Assembly (NCBI GenBank): GCA_041662565.1
Contig: JBAZSE010000001.1
Span: 65,084 to 129,083, forward strand
Length of the DNA: 64,000 nucleotides
DNA from: Patescibacteria group bacterium
GTDB lineage: Bacteria; Patescibacteriota; Patescibacteriia; UBA1558; UBA10009
Direction of reading: 5' to 3'
Positions 45,597 through 54,917 of this stretch are shown here, piece by piece. Every line of letters starts with the position of its first letter. The first letter of the stretch is position 1. The position numbers and the translations under genes were made by a program. The notes under the pieces were generated by a model that did no database searches, was not told the DNA's origin, and saw nothing but the letters and a program-made list of their open reading frames with translations.

Positions 45597-46775
45597 ATGT
45601 TTAAAAAAAATATTTATTTGGATCACGCCGCAACAACTTATTTGGATCCCAGGGTAGAAAAAGCCATGCGGCCCTTTTGGTCAAAAAAATTTGGCAACCC
45701 CTCTTCTTTGTATTATTTGGGTCGAGAAGCCAAAGAGGCGATTAACACCGCCCGCCTTCAGGTTGCTCAAATTTTGGGTTGTGGCCCGGAAGAAATTATT
45801 TTTGAGGGTTCGGGCACCGAATCAATCAATCACGCTTTAATCGGCACGGCCTTGGCTAATCAAGCGCGGGGCAAGCACATTATTACCTCGGCCATTGAAC
45901 ACCATGCCGTTTTGCATGCCTGTCAATTTTTAGAAAGCCAAGGTTTTGAAGTAACTTATTTACCCTCTGATCATCAAGGTTTGGTAAATTTGGAAATGTT
46001 AACAGAAGCTATTCGTCCGGAAACTATTTTAGTTTCCATTATTTACGCCAACAACGAAATCGGCACAATTCAACCAATTCAAGAAATTTCCAAATCAATC
46101 AAATTAGCCAATCCGTTGGTTTTGTTTCATATGGATGCTTGTCAGGCCGCCGGCTATTTAAGTTTGAACGTTCAGGAATTAGGCGTTGATTTAATGAGTT
46201 TAAATGGCAGTAAAATTTACGGGCCAAAAGGCACTGGTGTGCTTTATGTTAAAAAAGGCGTGGCCATAATGCCAATTATTCATGGCGGAGAACAAGAAAA
46301 CAGCCAAAGAGCCGGTACCGAAAATGTGGCAGGTATTGTCGGGTTGGCTTGCGCCTTAAAGTTGGTTCAGCAGAATAAAGAAAAGGAATCAGCCCGTTTA
46401 TTAAAGTTGAGAGATAGGTTAATTGTCGGTTTGCTAAAAATGCCTAATGTTATTTTAAACGGGCACGCTATTAATCGCTTGCCGGGCAATGTTAACATAA
46501 CTGTTGCAGGCGTTTCCGGAGAAAAGCTGGTTTTAGAATTGGATAAATTGGGCATTGCTTGTTCTACCGGTTCTGCCTGCACTTCAGGGAGCGTTGACCC
46601 ATCGCATGTGATTATCGCTCTTGGCCAAAGTTACGAGGCCTCACGCGGATCATTAAGATTAACGCTGGGGCATGGCAATTCGGAAAAAGATATTGATTAT
46701 GTATTGCGAGTTTTACCTAAGCTGATAAAAAATATTAATTTAAATATTGATCAAAAAAAATATGAGGACAAATAA
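45597..46775 (+). CDS. cysteine desulfurase (class V aminotransferase, NifS/IscS-like)
   Basis: IYLDHAATT, the PLP-lysine region SLNGSKIYGPKG and the active-site region CSTGSACTSGS. Confidence 0.9.
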   Translation: MFKKNIYLDHAATTYLDPRVEKAMRPFWSKKFGNPSSLYYLGREAKEAINTARLQVAQILGCGPEEIIFEGSGTESINHALIGTALANQARGKHIITSAIEHHAVLHACQFLESQGFEVTYLPSDHQGLVNLEMLTEAIRPETILVSIIYANNEIGTIQPIQEISKSIKLANPLVLFHMDACQAAGYLSLNVQELGVDLMSLNGSKIYGPKGTGVLYVKKGVAIMPIIHGGEQENSQRAGTENVAGIVGLACALKLVQQNKEKESARLLKLRDRLIVGLLKMPNVILNGHAINRLPGNVNITVAGVSGEKLVLELDKLGIACSTGSACTSGSVDPSHVIIALGQSYEASRGSLRLTLGHGNSEKDIDYVLRVLPKLIKNINLNIDQKKYEDK

Positions 46776-47694
46776 AATTACTATTTTAGGAGCGGGCAGT
46801 GTTGGCTGCAGTACAGCTTTTAGTTTGATGCATCAAAAAGCTATCGGCGAAATTGCTATTATCGATTTAAACCAAAAAACACTAGAAGCCCAAGTGCATG
46901 ATTTGGCCGATGCCATTCCCGTTTTAGGCAAAGTTAAAGTTAAGGCAGGCACTTACGCAGATATTAAGGATTCACAAATCGTGGTGGTGGCTTGTGGTGC
47001 GGCTCAAGTATCCGGGGCGCAGTCGCGCTTGGATTTGGTTAGCATCAATGCCAAGATTATGAAAGAGATTGTGCCGAAAATTTTTAAGCAAAATCCCAAA
47101 GTTTTGTTAATCATGGTTACTAATCCGGTGGATGTGTTAACGCAAATTGCTATTAGTTTGTTTCCCGATAAAAAGAAGCAGATTTTTGGCACAGGCACGC
47201 TGTTGGATACGATGCGCTTAAAATATTTTTTGGCAAAATTTTTATCGGTTGATTCATCTACTGTTGATGCTTATATGGCCGGCGAGCATGGCGATAGTTC
47301 GGTTGCTTTTTGGAGCACGGCAAAAATTAACGGTAAAAAATTGGTTAATTTTTCCAAGCTTAATAATTTACAGCGCCAAAAAATAGATTTGGCTGTTAAA
47401 AAATCCGCTGCCGAAATTATTGCCGGCAAAGGCGCCACTTTTTACGGCATTGGCGCGGGCACTGCTTATTTAATTTCATGTTTACTCTCAGGCAAAAAAA
47501 CCACTTTGCCACTTAGCCACCTAATGAACGGGGAATACGGTTTAACGGATGTTTGTTTAAGTGTGCCAACCGTGATAGATAAATCCGGGATTGTTTCCAA
47601 GGTTATTTTGCCGATTTCCCCTGCCGAAAAACAGCTTTTGCACAGTTCGGCCGCAAAATTAAAAGAAGTTTTTAAGCAAGCTTTAAAGGTTTAA
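46762..47694 (+). CDS. ldh: L-lactate dehydrogenase
   Basis: ITILGAGSVG (NAD-binding), MVTNPVDVLT and the AGEHGDSSV signature. The start is placed at MRTNKITIL; the track ORF begins 15 nt earlier. Confidence 0.85.
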   Translation: MRTNKITILGAGSVGCSTAFSLMHQKAIGEIAIIDLNQKTLEAQVHDLADAIPVLGKVKVKAGTYADIKDSQIVVVACGAAQVSGAQSRLDLVSINAKIMKEIVPKIFKQNPKVLLIMVTNPVDVLTQIAISLFPDKKKQIFGTGTLLDTMRLKYFLAKFLSVDSSTVDAYMAGEHGDSSVAFWSTAKINGKKLVNFSKLNNLQRQKIDLAVKKSAAEIIAGKGATFYGIGAGTAYLISCLLSGKKTTLPLSHLMNGEYGLTDVCLSVPTVIDKSGIVSKVILPISPAEKQLLHSSAAKLKEVFKQALKV

Positions 47695-47770
47695 ATAACC
47701 GTCAACTATTTGATTTTGGCTAAGGTTGGGGCGGTTTTTATTTTATCCACAAGCAAAATAGAAAAATACC

Positions 47771-47789
47771 ATATCTTGTGTTATAATTT
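47771..47789 (+). promoter_or_regulatory. extended -10 promoter (TGTTATAAT) for the nrdJ leader, overlapped by an NrdR-box-like palindrome
   Basis: ..CTTGTGTTATAAT.. The 16-mer ATACCATATCTTGTGT (47766-47781) matches about 13 of 16 positions of the NrdR-box consensus acaCwAtATaTwGtgt as I recall it. Confidence 0.35.
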
Positions 47790-47916
47790 CTAATGGACTA
47801 CTAGATGTAGTAGTTATCCACTTCTGCCGTTTAACTAGCTTTTGGCTAATCGAGCGGCCAGGCGGTTTTGCTGGTTTATCGAACTTCTCTTAAAAACCAG
47901 CCTTTAAAAGGGTCTA

Positions 47917-48094
47917 TGAGATAGTTGTAAAACTGTTTTTACTGCAATTTTATATTTTTGGCTACGACTTCGTCAGATTTCGTAAAAATATTTTCACCGT
48001 AATGCTATTACGGCTCAAATATTTTTACTCATCTTCCTTGTCTCGCCTAAAAATCTGAAATTTCGTTTAAAAAAACAGTTTTACAACTATCTCA
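47917..48094. repeat. 178-bp element with perfect 24-bp terminal inverted repeats (MITE-like or long structured RNA) in the nrdJ 5' leader
   Basis: TGAGATAGTTGTAAAACTGTTTTT (47917-47940) is the exact reverse complement of AAAAACAGTTTTACAACTATCTCA (48071-48094). The 130-nt spacer has an internal CCGTAAT gct ATTACGG hairpin. Confidence 0.6.
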
Positions 48095-48172
48095 AACATA
48101 ACTAGTTTCTTAGTTATATTTTTTTCTCTCTAAATTCTTTAAAAAATTACCAAATTATAACCCCCAAAAACT

Positions 48173-51094
48173 ATGGCCAACCCCATGCCTGAAGTTGAAA
48201 ACAACTCCAAAGATCAAGTAACCGATTTTCCTTTTAGCGCTGAGCTAAAAGTTGATGGTGCATTTAATAGCCAAGAAGCCAATAAAGATAATGCTTCTTT
48301 TTATTTTAAAAAAACCGATTTAGCGGGCTTGGATTTTAAGCGCCGTTATACCAAGGCAGGGGCTCATCCTTACGAGGAAATAAATTGGCAACAGCGCGAT
48401 GCGGTAATTACCAGTGATAAAGGGGAAATTGTTTTTTCGCAAAAAGACGTGGAAGTGCCCAAGGGTTGGTCGCAAACCGCTACCAATATCGCCGTTTCTC
48501 ATTATTTTAGGGGCAGGATCGGTACCAGTGGGCGCGAAATAAGCGCACGTCAAATGATTGATCGGGTGGCTAAAACCATTACCCGCTGGGGCCAAGATCA
48601 GGGTTATTTTAAAACCGTAGAAGATGGCCAGATTTTTGAACATGAATTAACTTATATTTTAATCAACCAACACGCGGCTTTTAACAGCCCGGTTTGGTAC
48701 AATGTGGGCGTGGAAGAACATCCGCAATGCAGTGCTTGTTTTATCAATTCCGTCCAAGATGACATGCGTTCCATTTTAAATTTAGCCGTCACCGAAGGTA
48801 TGCTGTTTAAATACGGTTCCGGCACCGGCACCAATTTATCCATTTTGCGCTCCAGCAAAGAACAGCTGGCCAATTCCAATGGCAAGGCCTCGGGTCCTGT
48901 TTCTTTTATGAAGGGCTTTGACGCTTTTGCCGGTGTGATTAAATCGGGCGGTAAAACCCGCCGGGCGGCCAAAATGGTTATTTTGGATATTGAACACCCG
49001 GATATTGAAGAATTTATCAACTGCAAATCCAATGAAGAAAAAAAGGCCTGGGCCTTAATTGAAATGGGCTACGATGGCTCGTTAAACGGCCCGGCTTACG
49101 GTTCCATTTTTTTCCAAAACGCCAACAACAGCGTCCGCGTAACAGATGAATTTATGAGAGCGGTGGAAGAAAACGGCCAATGGCAAACCAAGTATGTTAA
49201 AACCAAAGAAGCGGCCGATACTTACCAAGCCAGGGATTTAATGAAGCAGATTGCCGAAGCCGCTTGGATTTGCGGCGATCCCGGTATGCAGTACGATACC
49301 ACCATTAACCGTTGGCATACCTGCCCTAATACCGATAGGATTTACGCTTCTAACCCTTGCTCCGAATACATGTTTTTAAACGATAGCGCTTGCAATTTGG
49401 CTTCCATTAATTTAATGAAATATAGGCAGGATAGCGGTGAGTTTGATGTGGAGGGTTTTAAACATACGGTGAGCATTATGTCTACGGCTATGGAAATTTT
49501 GGTGCCTAACTCCAGCTATCCCACCCCGGCAATTGAGCAGAATAGTTTGGACTACCGTCCTTTGGGCTTGGGTTACGCCAACTTGGGCGCTTTGTTAATG
49601 AGCAACGGCTTGGCTTATGATAGCGATTCCGGTCGCAATTTTACCGGCGCGGTTACCGCTTTACTGAACGGCTGGGCTTATTTGCAATCGGCTAAAATTG
49701 CCGGTGTTAAAGGAACCTTTAAAGGTTATGCCCCCAACCGCCAACCCATGTTGAATGTCATGAAAATGCACCGTGATGCTTCTTACAAAATCAAGGAAGA
49801 TGGAGTTTTTCCGCACTTAATGTCTTCAGCCAGGGATGCTTGGGATCAGGTTTGCGCACTTGGCGAAATTAATGGTTTTAGAAATGCCCAGGCAACGGTT
49901 TTGGCGCCAACCGGCACTATTGGCTTTTTAATGGATTGCGATACTACCGGCATTGAACCGGATATTGCTTTGGTTAAGTACAAGTGGCTGGTGGGCGGCG
50001 GCATGATGAAGATTGTAAATTCCACCGTGCCCTTGGCCCTTAAAACTTTGGGTTACAGCCCCGAGGATGTGGATAGCATTTTGGATTATATTGATAAAAA
50101 CGATACCATTGAAGGAGCGCCTAAATTACTGGACGAGCATTTATCGGTTTTTGATTGCGCTTTTAAAGCCAAAAAAGGTAAACGCTATATCCATTACATG
50201 GGCCATGTAAAAATGATGGGCGCCGCCCAACCATTTTTATCCGGTGCTATTTCCAAAACCGTTAACATGCCCGAAAACGCCACAGCCGAAGAAATTGCCG
50301 GCGTGTATTCGGAGGGTTGGAAGCTGGGGCTTAAGGCCATTGCCATTTACCGCGAAAATTCTAAACGCAGCCAACCCTTAACCACTTCACTAAAAGAAAT
50401 TTCTACCAAAGAATCTGCCGTCAAGGCCGAGGTCTTGCGCCCCAAGAGGCGCAAACTGCCCGATGAAAGAGCGGCTATTACCCATAAGTTTTCCATTGCC
50501 AATCATGAGGGCTTTATCACCGTTGGCTTGTACGAAGACGGTTTGCCGGGTGAACTGTTTATTACTATGTCCAAAGAGGGTAGTGTAATTTCCGGGTTAA
50601 TGGATTCGTTTGCCACTTCCATTTCCATTGGTTTGCAATATGGCGTGCCATTAAAGAGCTTGGTTAATAAATTCGTTCATACCCGTTTTGAACCGTCGGG
50701 CTTTACCAACAATCCCAACATCAGAATTGCCAAATCCATTGTTGATTATATTTTCCGCTGGTTGGCCTTAAAGTTTTTATCGGCCGAAGAATTAATGTAC
50801 GTAGGCATTAACGATATTGAAGTGGCCTTAAACGGCAATGGCAAAAGCCCGCTTGAGAAATTAACCAAAATGGCCGATGAGCAGGCCTTAAAGCATGATA
50901 AGCATGCCAATGAAGCTGAAGAGGATGTTGTTTATCAGCAAACAGCTTTGGATTTAAACAAAAATTTGGATGATAAAATGACCTTTGATACCCAATCCGA
51001 TGCGCCGGTTTGCGGCACTTGCGGTTCAATGATGATTCGTTCAGGCGCATGCTACAAGTGTATGAATTGCGGGGGTTCCAGCGGGTGCAGCTAG
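48173..51094 (+). CDS. nrdJ: ribonucleotide reductase, class II (adenosylcobalamin-dependent), with C-terminal zinc ribbon
   Basis: The RNR barrel motif is NPCSEYMF..SACNLASINL. It is a monomeric-size protein with no adjacent nrdB. The C-terminal CGTCGS..CYKCMNCG is typical of NrdJ. Confidence 0.9.
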   Translation: MANPMPEVENNSKDQVTDFPFSAELKVDGAFNSQEANKDNASFYFKKTDLAGLDFKRRYTKAGAHPYEEINWQQRDAVITSDKGEIVFSQKDVEVPKGWSQTATNIAVSHYFRGRIGTSGREISARQMIDRVAKTITRWGQDQGYFKTVEDGQIFEHELTYILINQHAAFNSPVWYNVGVEEHPQCSACFINSVQDDMRSILNLAVTEGMLFKYGSGTGTNLSILRSSKEQLANSNGKASGPVSFMKGFDAFAGVIKSGGKTRRAAKMVILDIEHPDIEEFINCKSNEEKKAWALIEMGYDGSLNGPAYGSIFFQNANNSVRVTDEFMRAVEENGQWQTKYVKTKEAADTYQARDLMKQIAEAAWICGDPGMQYDTTINRWHTCPNTDRIYASNPCSEYMFLNDSACNLASINLMKYRQDSGEFDVEGFKHTVSIMSTAMEILVPNSSYPTPAIEQNSLDYRPLGLGYANLGALLMSNGLAYDSDSGRNFTGAVTALLNGWAYLQSAKIAGVKGTFKGYAPNRQPMLNVMKMHRDASYKIKEDGVFPHLMSSARDAWDQVCALGEINGFRNAQATVLAPTGTIGFLMDCDTTGIEPDIALVKYKWLVGGGMMKIVNSTVPLALKTLGYSPEDVDSILDYIDKNDTIEGAPKLLDEHLSVFDCAFKAKKGKRYIHYMGHVKMMGAAQPFLSGAISKTVNMPENATAEEIAGVYSEGWKLGLKAIAIYRENSKRSQPLTTSLKEISTKESAVKAEVLRPKRRKLPDERAAITHKFSIANHEGFITVGLYEDGLPGELFITMSKEGSVISGLMDSFATSISIGLQYGVPLKSLVNKFVHTRFEPSGFTNNPNIRIAKSIVDYIFRWLALKFLSAEELMYVGINDIEVALNGNGKSPLEKLTKMADEQALKHDKHANEAEEDVVYQQTALDLNKNLDDKMTFDTQSDAPVCGTCGSMMIRSGACYKCMNCGGSSGCS

Positions 51095-51345
51095 AAGAAT
51101 TTGACAATGTTAAGAAAAGGTTTAAGATAATAAAGCATTTTGAAAATAATTTTTAGTCAGGCAACAAGGTGAGCTATCAATCGATGGCAATTCCTTGGCA
51201 GTCGCGCTACTGTAATCCGCCGTAGCTCGTGTTAACGAGCGTAGGCGGAAAGCCAGAAAACTGATTGAAATACATAAGAACCGATTTTCTCTTCGCGTAC
51301 CAAAGAGAAGCGGGCTTGCCTAAATCAGTTGAATTTGATTTTTAG

Positions 51346-51390
51346 CCCCTTTCTTTAAAAACGTGCGAAGAAAGGGGTTTTTGTTTTTAT
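51346..51390 (+). terminator. rho-independent terminator
   Basis: CCCCTTTCTT..12 nt..AAGAAAGGGG followed by TTTTTGTTTTT. Confidence 0.7.
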
Positions 51391-51408
51391 CAAGTAAAAA
51401 ATAATTTC

Positions 51409-53196
51409 ATGAAACAAAAAAAAATGTTCTTGGTAATCGCGCTTATTACCAGTTTAATTATTCCCTCTGGTTTGATCAAAGCCGAAGTTAACCAGGCAAC
51501 CATAAATTATTTGCAAAACGCCAGCCAAAGCGCTTGGATTACCCAGGCTCTAAAAGCCGCGGGTAGCAATAATTTAAATTTGGATTATTTGGCAGATTTT
51601 GAACCGGCTAACGCCAATGATGCGGCCAAGGCAGTTTTGGCGATTATTGCCGGCGGTGGCAATCCTTACAGTTATCATGGCGATAATTACGTTGGTGGGT
51701 TGTTAAGCTACGCGCAAAACAATCAGATCGGTTCTACTTCTTTGATTAATGATGATTTTTGGGGCATTTTGGCGCTAAGGGCTGCAGGTGAGCCAGTTGA
51801 TTCGGCCATTATTGTCGGTAGTAAAAATTTTATCCTAGCCGCGCAAAATAATGATGGCGGTTGGAGCTGGGCGCCTGATTCCGAAAGCGATACCAATGAT
51901 ACCGCCGCCTCTATTATGGCTTTACTGGAGGCAGGGCTTAATAACGATTCCCAAGATATTCAACAAGCCATTAATTATCTGCGAGAAGCGCAAAATGAAG
52001 ATGGCGGTTTTCCTTTTTCTTCCGGCGAATCGGATTCCGGTTCCGATGCTTGGGTAATTGCCGCTTTAAATAAATTGGGCATTAGCCCCGAAACTTGGAG
52101 TGTTGGCAATAACAATCCAATTGCCCATTTGGGGTCATTAATGCTTAATGACGGATCTTTTAAATGGCTTTCTTCGGATAATCAGGGCAACTTAACTATG
52201 ACGGCTTTTGCGGCCGTAGCTTTAGCGGGTAAATTTTTCCCCGTGGCAACATATCAACCCCCGGCCGATCAGAATCTTCATCATTTAAGAATTGAAGGTG
52301 CCACCAGCACTATTTGTAATGCCCAGGTGGAAGGACAAACAGCGCAACAAGTTTTGGAAAACGGCGCCGAAATTTGCAACTACACTTACCATATTCAAAC
52401 TACCGATTGGGGCCCTTATTTGGATAAAATAAATAATGATCAAGCCGAGGGCCAAAACGGTTGGTTGTATCGGGTTAATTGGTTAAGCGCCCAAGTAGGG
52501 ATGGCCAATTATAATTTAGCAGCCGGAGATGAGGTGTTGTTCTATTTTGCCTATTGGGAAGATCAGCCCTTGCGCCTTTCTTTAAGTGCCTCGCAAGCTA
52601 ACCCCGGAGATAATATCACGGCCACGGTGGAATATTTTAATGAACAATCATGGCTGCCGGCAGTTGGCACATTGGTGCTGGTTGCTGATCGCGAATACCA
52701 AACCAACAATCAGGGGCAAGCGATTTTTTCTGCACCCCAAGATGGCAGTTATGTTGTTTATGCCCAAGGCGATCATAAAGTTCGTTCACCCAAACAGGTT
52801 TTAATTGTGGGACAAGGTAGCGCCAATGGTGTGGTTTTAAACGTGGATGTTGCCAATAACGCGCCTGTAGAGCAAGAAGAAGAAAACGCCGGCGCTTTGG
52901 TTTTTAGAGTTAATGTTGATCATTTGGATTTTGGCAGTTTGCGCCCGGGCGGACAGTTAAACCGCAGTTTAACCATTACCAACCAAAGCGCCGATAATAT
53001 GTATTTGGAAGGTATAGTTTCGGGCGATGCTTTGTTTGAAAATAATGTGATGCTGGATGATCAAATTTGGGAAAATTACAATAAAACCTTAGCCAGAAAT
53101 GAAGCCGTAAATATTGGAGTTAAATTAATCGTGCCGCAAAATTACAGTAATGGCCATTATAGCGCCAATTTGGTTTTATGGGGTTCGGCCCGTTAA
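51409..53196 (+). CDS. secreted protein: prenyltransferase-like alpha-toroid repeats plus DUF4430-like beta domain (transcobalamin-like architecture) plus extra beta domains
   Basis: After a signal peptide, the Q-x-x-DGG(W/F) repeats read AQNNDGGWSWAPD, AQNEDGGFPFSSG and LNDGSFKWL. The segment QQVLENGAEIC..YLDKINNDQAEGQNGWLYRVNWLSAQVGMANYNLAAGDEVLFYF is homologous to the stand-alone protein 54441..54890. Confidence 0.6.
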   Translation: MKQKKMFLVIALITSLIIPSGLIKAEVNQATINYLQNASQSAWITQALKAAGSNNLNLDYLADFEPANANDAAKAVLAIIAGGGNPYSYHGDNYVGGLLSYAQNNQIGSTSLINDDFWGILALRAAGEPVDSAIIVGSKNFILAAQNNDGGWSWAPDSESDTNDTAASIMALLEAGLNNDSQDIQQAINYLREAQNEDGGFPFSSGESDSGSDAWVIAALNKLGISPETWSVGNNNPIAHLGSLMLNDGSFKWLSSDNQGNLTMTAFAAVALAGKFFPVATYQPPADQNLHHLRIEGATSTICNAQVEGQTAQQVLENGAEICNYTYHIQTTDWGPYLDKINNDQAEGQNGWLYRVNWLSAQVGMANYNLAAGDEVLFYFAYWEDQPLRLSLSASQANPGDNITATVEYFNEQSWLPAVGTLVLVADREYQTNNQGQAIFSAPQDGSYVVYAQGDHKVRSPKQVLIVGQGSANGVVLNVDVANNAPVEQEEENAGALVFRVNVDHLDFGSLRPGGQLNRSLTITNQSADNMYLEGIVSGDALFENNVMLDDQIWENYNKTLARNEAVNIGVKLIVPQNYSNGHYSANLVLWGSAR

Positions 53197-53279
53197 GAAA
53201 ATATATGCTGACATATAAACTCCTCGGCTCGGAAAGGCAAAAGCAAGAGCTTTCGCCTTTCTCTCGCTCTACGTCGTTT

Positions 53280-53825
53280 ATGAAAAAAATTTTACTACTA
53301 TTAGTTATTCCCGCTTTTATTTTAGGCATTGCCCAAATTGTTTTAGCGGCCGGTGTGGCTGTTAATCCGGATAAGCTTAATTTTGATTTAGCTGCCGGGC
53401 AAGAACAAACCAAAAGCGTGGTGGTGGAAAACATCTCCGATCGGCCGGTGCTGTATAATATTTATGTAGATGAATTAGCTGATCAAATTTATTTGGCGCC
53501 GGCAAATTTTAGGTTGGAGGTTGGGCAAAAAAGGCAGGTTAAAGTAAAAGCTAACCCGCGCCATAAAGGTCTGTTTGCCACCAATTTATCCATTGTGGTA
53601 ACAGATTTGGACAGGCGAACTTTTAATGTTTCAACCGGTGTTAAGGTGCCGATTACTTTACAAGTTGGCCCTGCCGTAGGATTTGTTTTGCCTCAAGTTA
53701 TCGGTAAAATTTCTTTTTTACTAATCCCTTTGTTAAGCGCGGTTATTATTATTTTGGGCATAATGTTAAAAAAGAAAAAACATTGGTGGCAAGCAATAAT
53801 CAGTAAATTTAAAAAACATGGTTAA
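53280..53825 (+). CDS. cell-surface protein with signal peptide and C-terminal TM anchor
   Basis: MKKILLLLVIPAFILGIAQIVLA signal peptide, a beta-rich middle region and a C-terminal hydrophobic anchor with a KKKK stop-transfer. The start is placed at the internal Met of the track ORF. Confidence 0.45.
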   Translation: MKKILLLLVIPAFILGIAQIVLAAGVAVNPDKLNFDLAAGQEQTKSVVVENISDRPVLYNIYVDELADQIYLAPANFRLEVGQKRQVKVKANPRHKGLFATNLSIVVTDLDRRTFNVSTGVKVPITLQVGPAVGFVLPQVIGKISFLLIPLLSAVIIILGIMLKKKKHWWQAIISKFKKHG

Positions 53826-54402
53826 CAATTCAGTAAAACCAGCTCAAGTATCTAGCGAACTTAGTCGAGGCAGAATCCAGGTGTATACCGGGCATGGCAA
53901 GGGTAAAACAACTGCTTCCTTGGGTTTGGCAATAAGGGCTTTGGGTCGGAATAAAAAAGTTGCCATTATTTATTTTGATAAAGGCGGTGATCATTACGGC
54001 GAAAGAAAAATTTTGGATAAGCTTTCGGGCGATTTTCTTCAATATCATGTTACCGGTGCCGAGCGGTTTGATCCTGTTGCTAAAACTTTCCGTTTTGGCG
54101 TAGAAGAGACAGATAAGCAGGAAGCCAATAGGGGTTTGCAGCTGGTTGAGGATTTTTTTAAGCAAGATAACTTGGATTTGCTTATTTTGGATGAAATTAA
54201 TTCCACAATCGCCTTGGGTATGCTAAAATTGGATGATGTTTTGCCGGTTTTAGCAAACAAACCAACCACTTTAGAATTAATTTTAACCGGCCGTGATGCG
54301 CCCCAAGCCATTTTGGATGTAGCCGATCTGGTTACGGAAATGAAATTGGTTAAACATTATTTTTACGATGGCCAGGAAGCCAGAGAGGGAATTGAGTATT
54401 AA
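53818..54402 (+). CDS. cobA: cob(I)alamin/corrinoid adenosyltransferase (CobA/BtuR/CobO family)
   Basis: The P-loop VYTGHGKGKTTASLGLAIRALG and LLILDEINS match the BtuR/CobA family. Confidence 0.85.
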   Translation: MVNNSVKPAQVSSELSRGRIQVYTGHGKGKTTASLGLAIRALGRNKKVAIIYFDKGGDHYGERKILDKLSGDFLQYHVTGAERFDPVAKTFRFGVEETDKQEANRGLQLVEDFFKQDNLDLLILDEINSTIALGMLKLDDVLPVLANKPTTLELILTGRDAPQAILDVADLVTEMKLVKHYFYDGQEAREGIEY

Positions 54403-54440
54403 TTTTTTAATTATTAATTTATAATGTTAATATAAAGTGT

Positions 54441-54890
54441 ATGAAAAATATTAAATTTATTGTTATAGCCGTTATTTTTTTCGCCGCAGGTTTTTTATTG
54501 GGCCAAAGTTATCAATTGCCCGAAAATTTTAAGCTGGTTTCCGATCAAACCCAAAATCAGGAAACGACGCTTAAGCCCCAAGTTACTTATCTGTTAAAAT
54601 TTTCTCCTGTTGAAGCAACAGAATTTCAGCAAGTGGATATTGCAGCCCCTCAAACCGTTTTGGCTGTTCTTGAAAAATTAACAACCGCCAATACTCTGGA
54701 ATTGATTACCAAAGATTATCCATCAATGGGAGTTTTGGTGGAAAAAATCGGCGATAAAACCAATGGCCAGGATAATAAATATTGGCAGTATTATGTTAAT
54801 GGCGAAAAGCCACAAATAGGCGCTGATCGTTTTAATTTAAGCGGCGGGGAACTGGTGGAGTGGAAATTTGAAGAATTTATCAGTGAATAA
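54441..54890 (+). CDS. membrane-anchored DUF4430-like (transcobalamin beta-domain-like) protein
   Basis: An N-terminal TM, then ..TVLAVLEKLTTA..LVEKIGDKTNGQDNKYWQYYVNGEKPQIGADRFNLSGGELVEWKF, which shares the W-x-Y-x-VN..G..GDEV.F.Y-type signature with the C-terminal domain of 51409..53196. Confidence 0.6.
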   Translation: MKNIKFIVIAVIFFAAGFLLGQSYQLPENFKLVSDQTQNQETTLKPQVTYLLKFSPVEATEFQQVDIAAPQTVLAVLEKLTTANTLELITKDYPSMGVLVEKIGDKTNGQDNKYWQYYVNGEKPQIGADRFNLSGGELVEWKFEEFISE

Positions 54891-54917
54891 GCTATAAACA
54901 AGTAATTTAGAATCATT

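Noticed and set aside
47800-47920. cobalamin riboswitch upstream of nrdJ
   Set aside because: No B12-box (GCCACTG-like) or other conserved riboswitch core elements could be found by eye. The structured elements here are simple inverted repeats.
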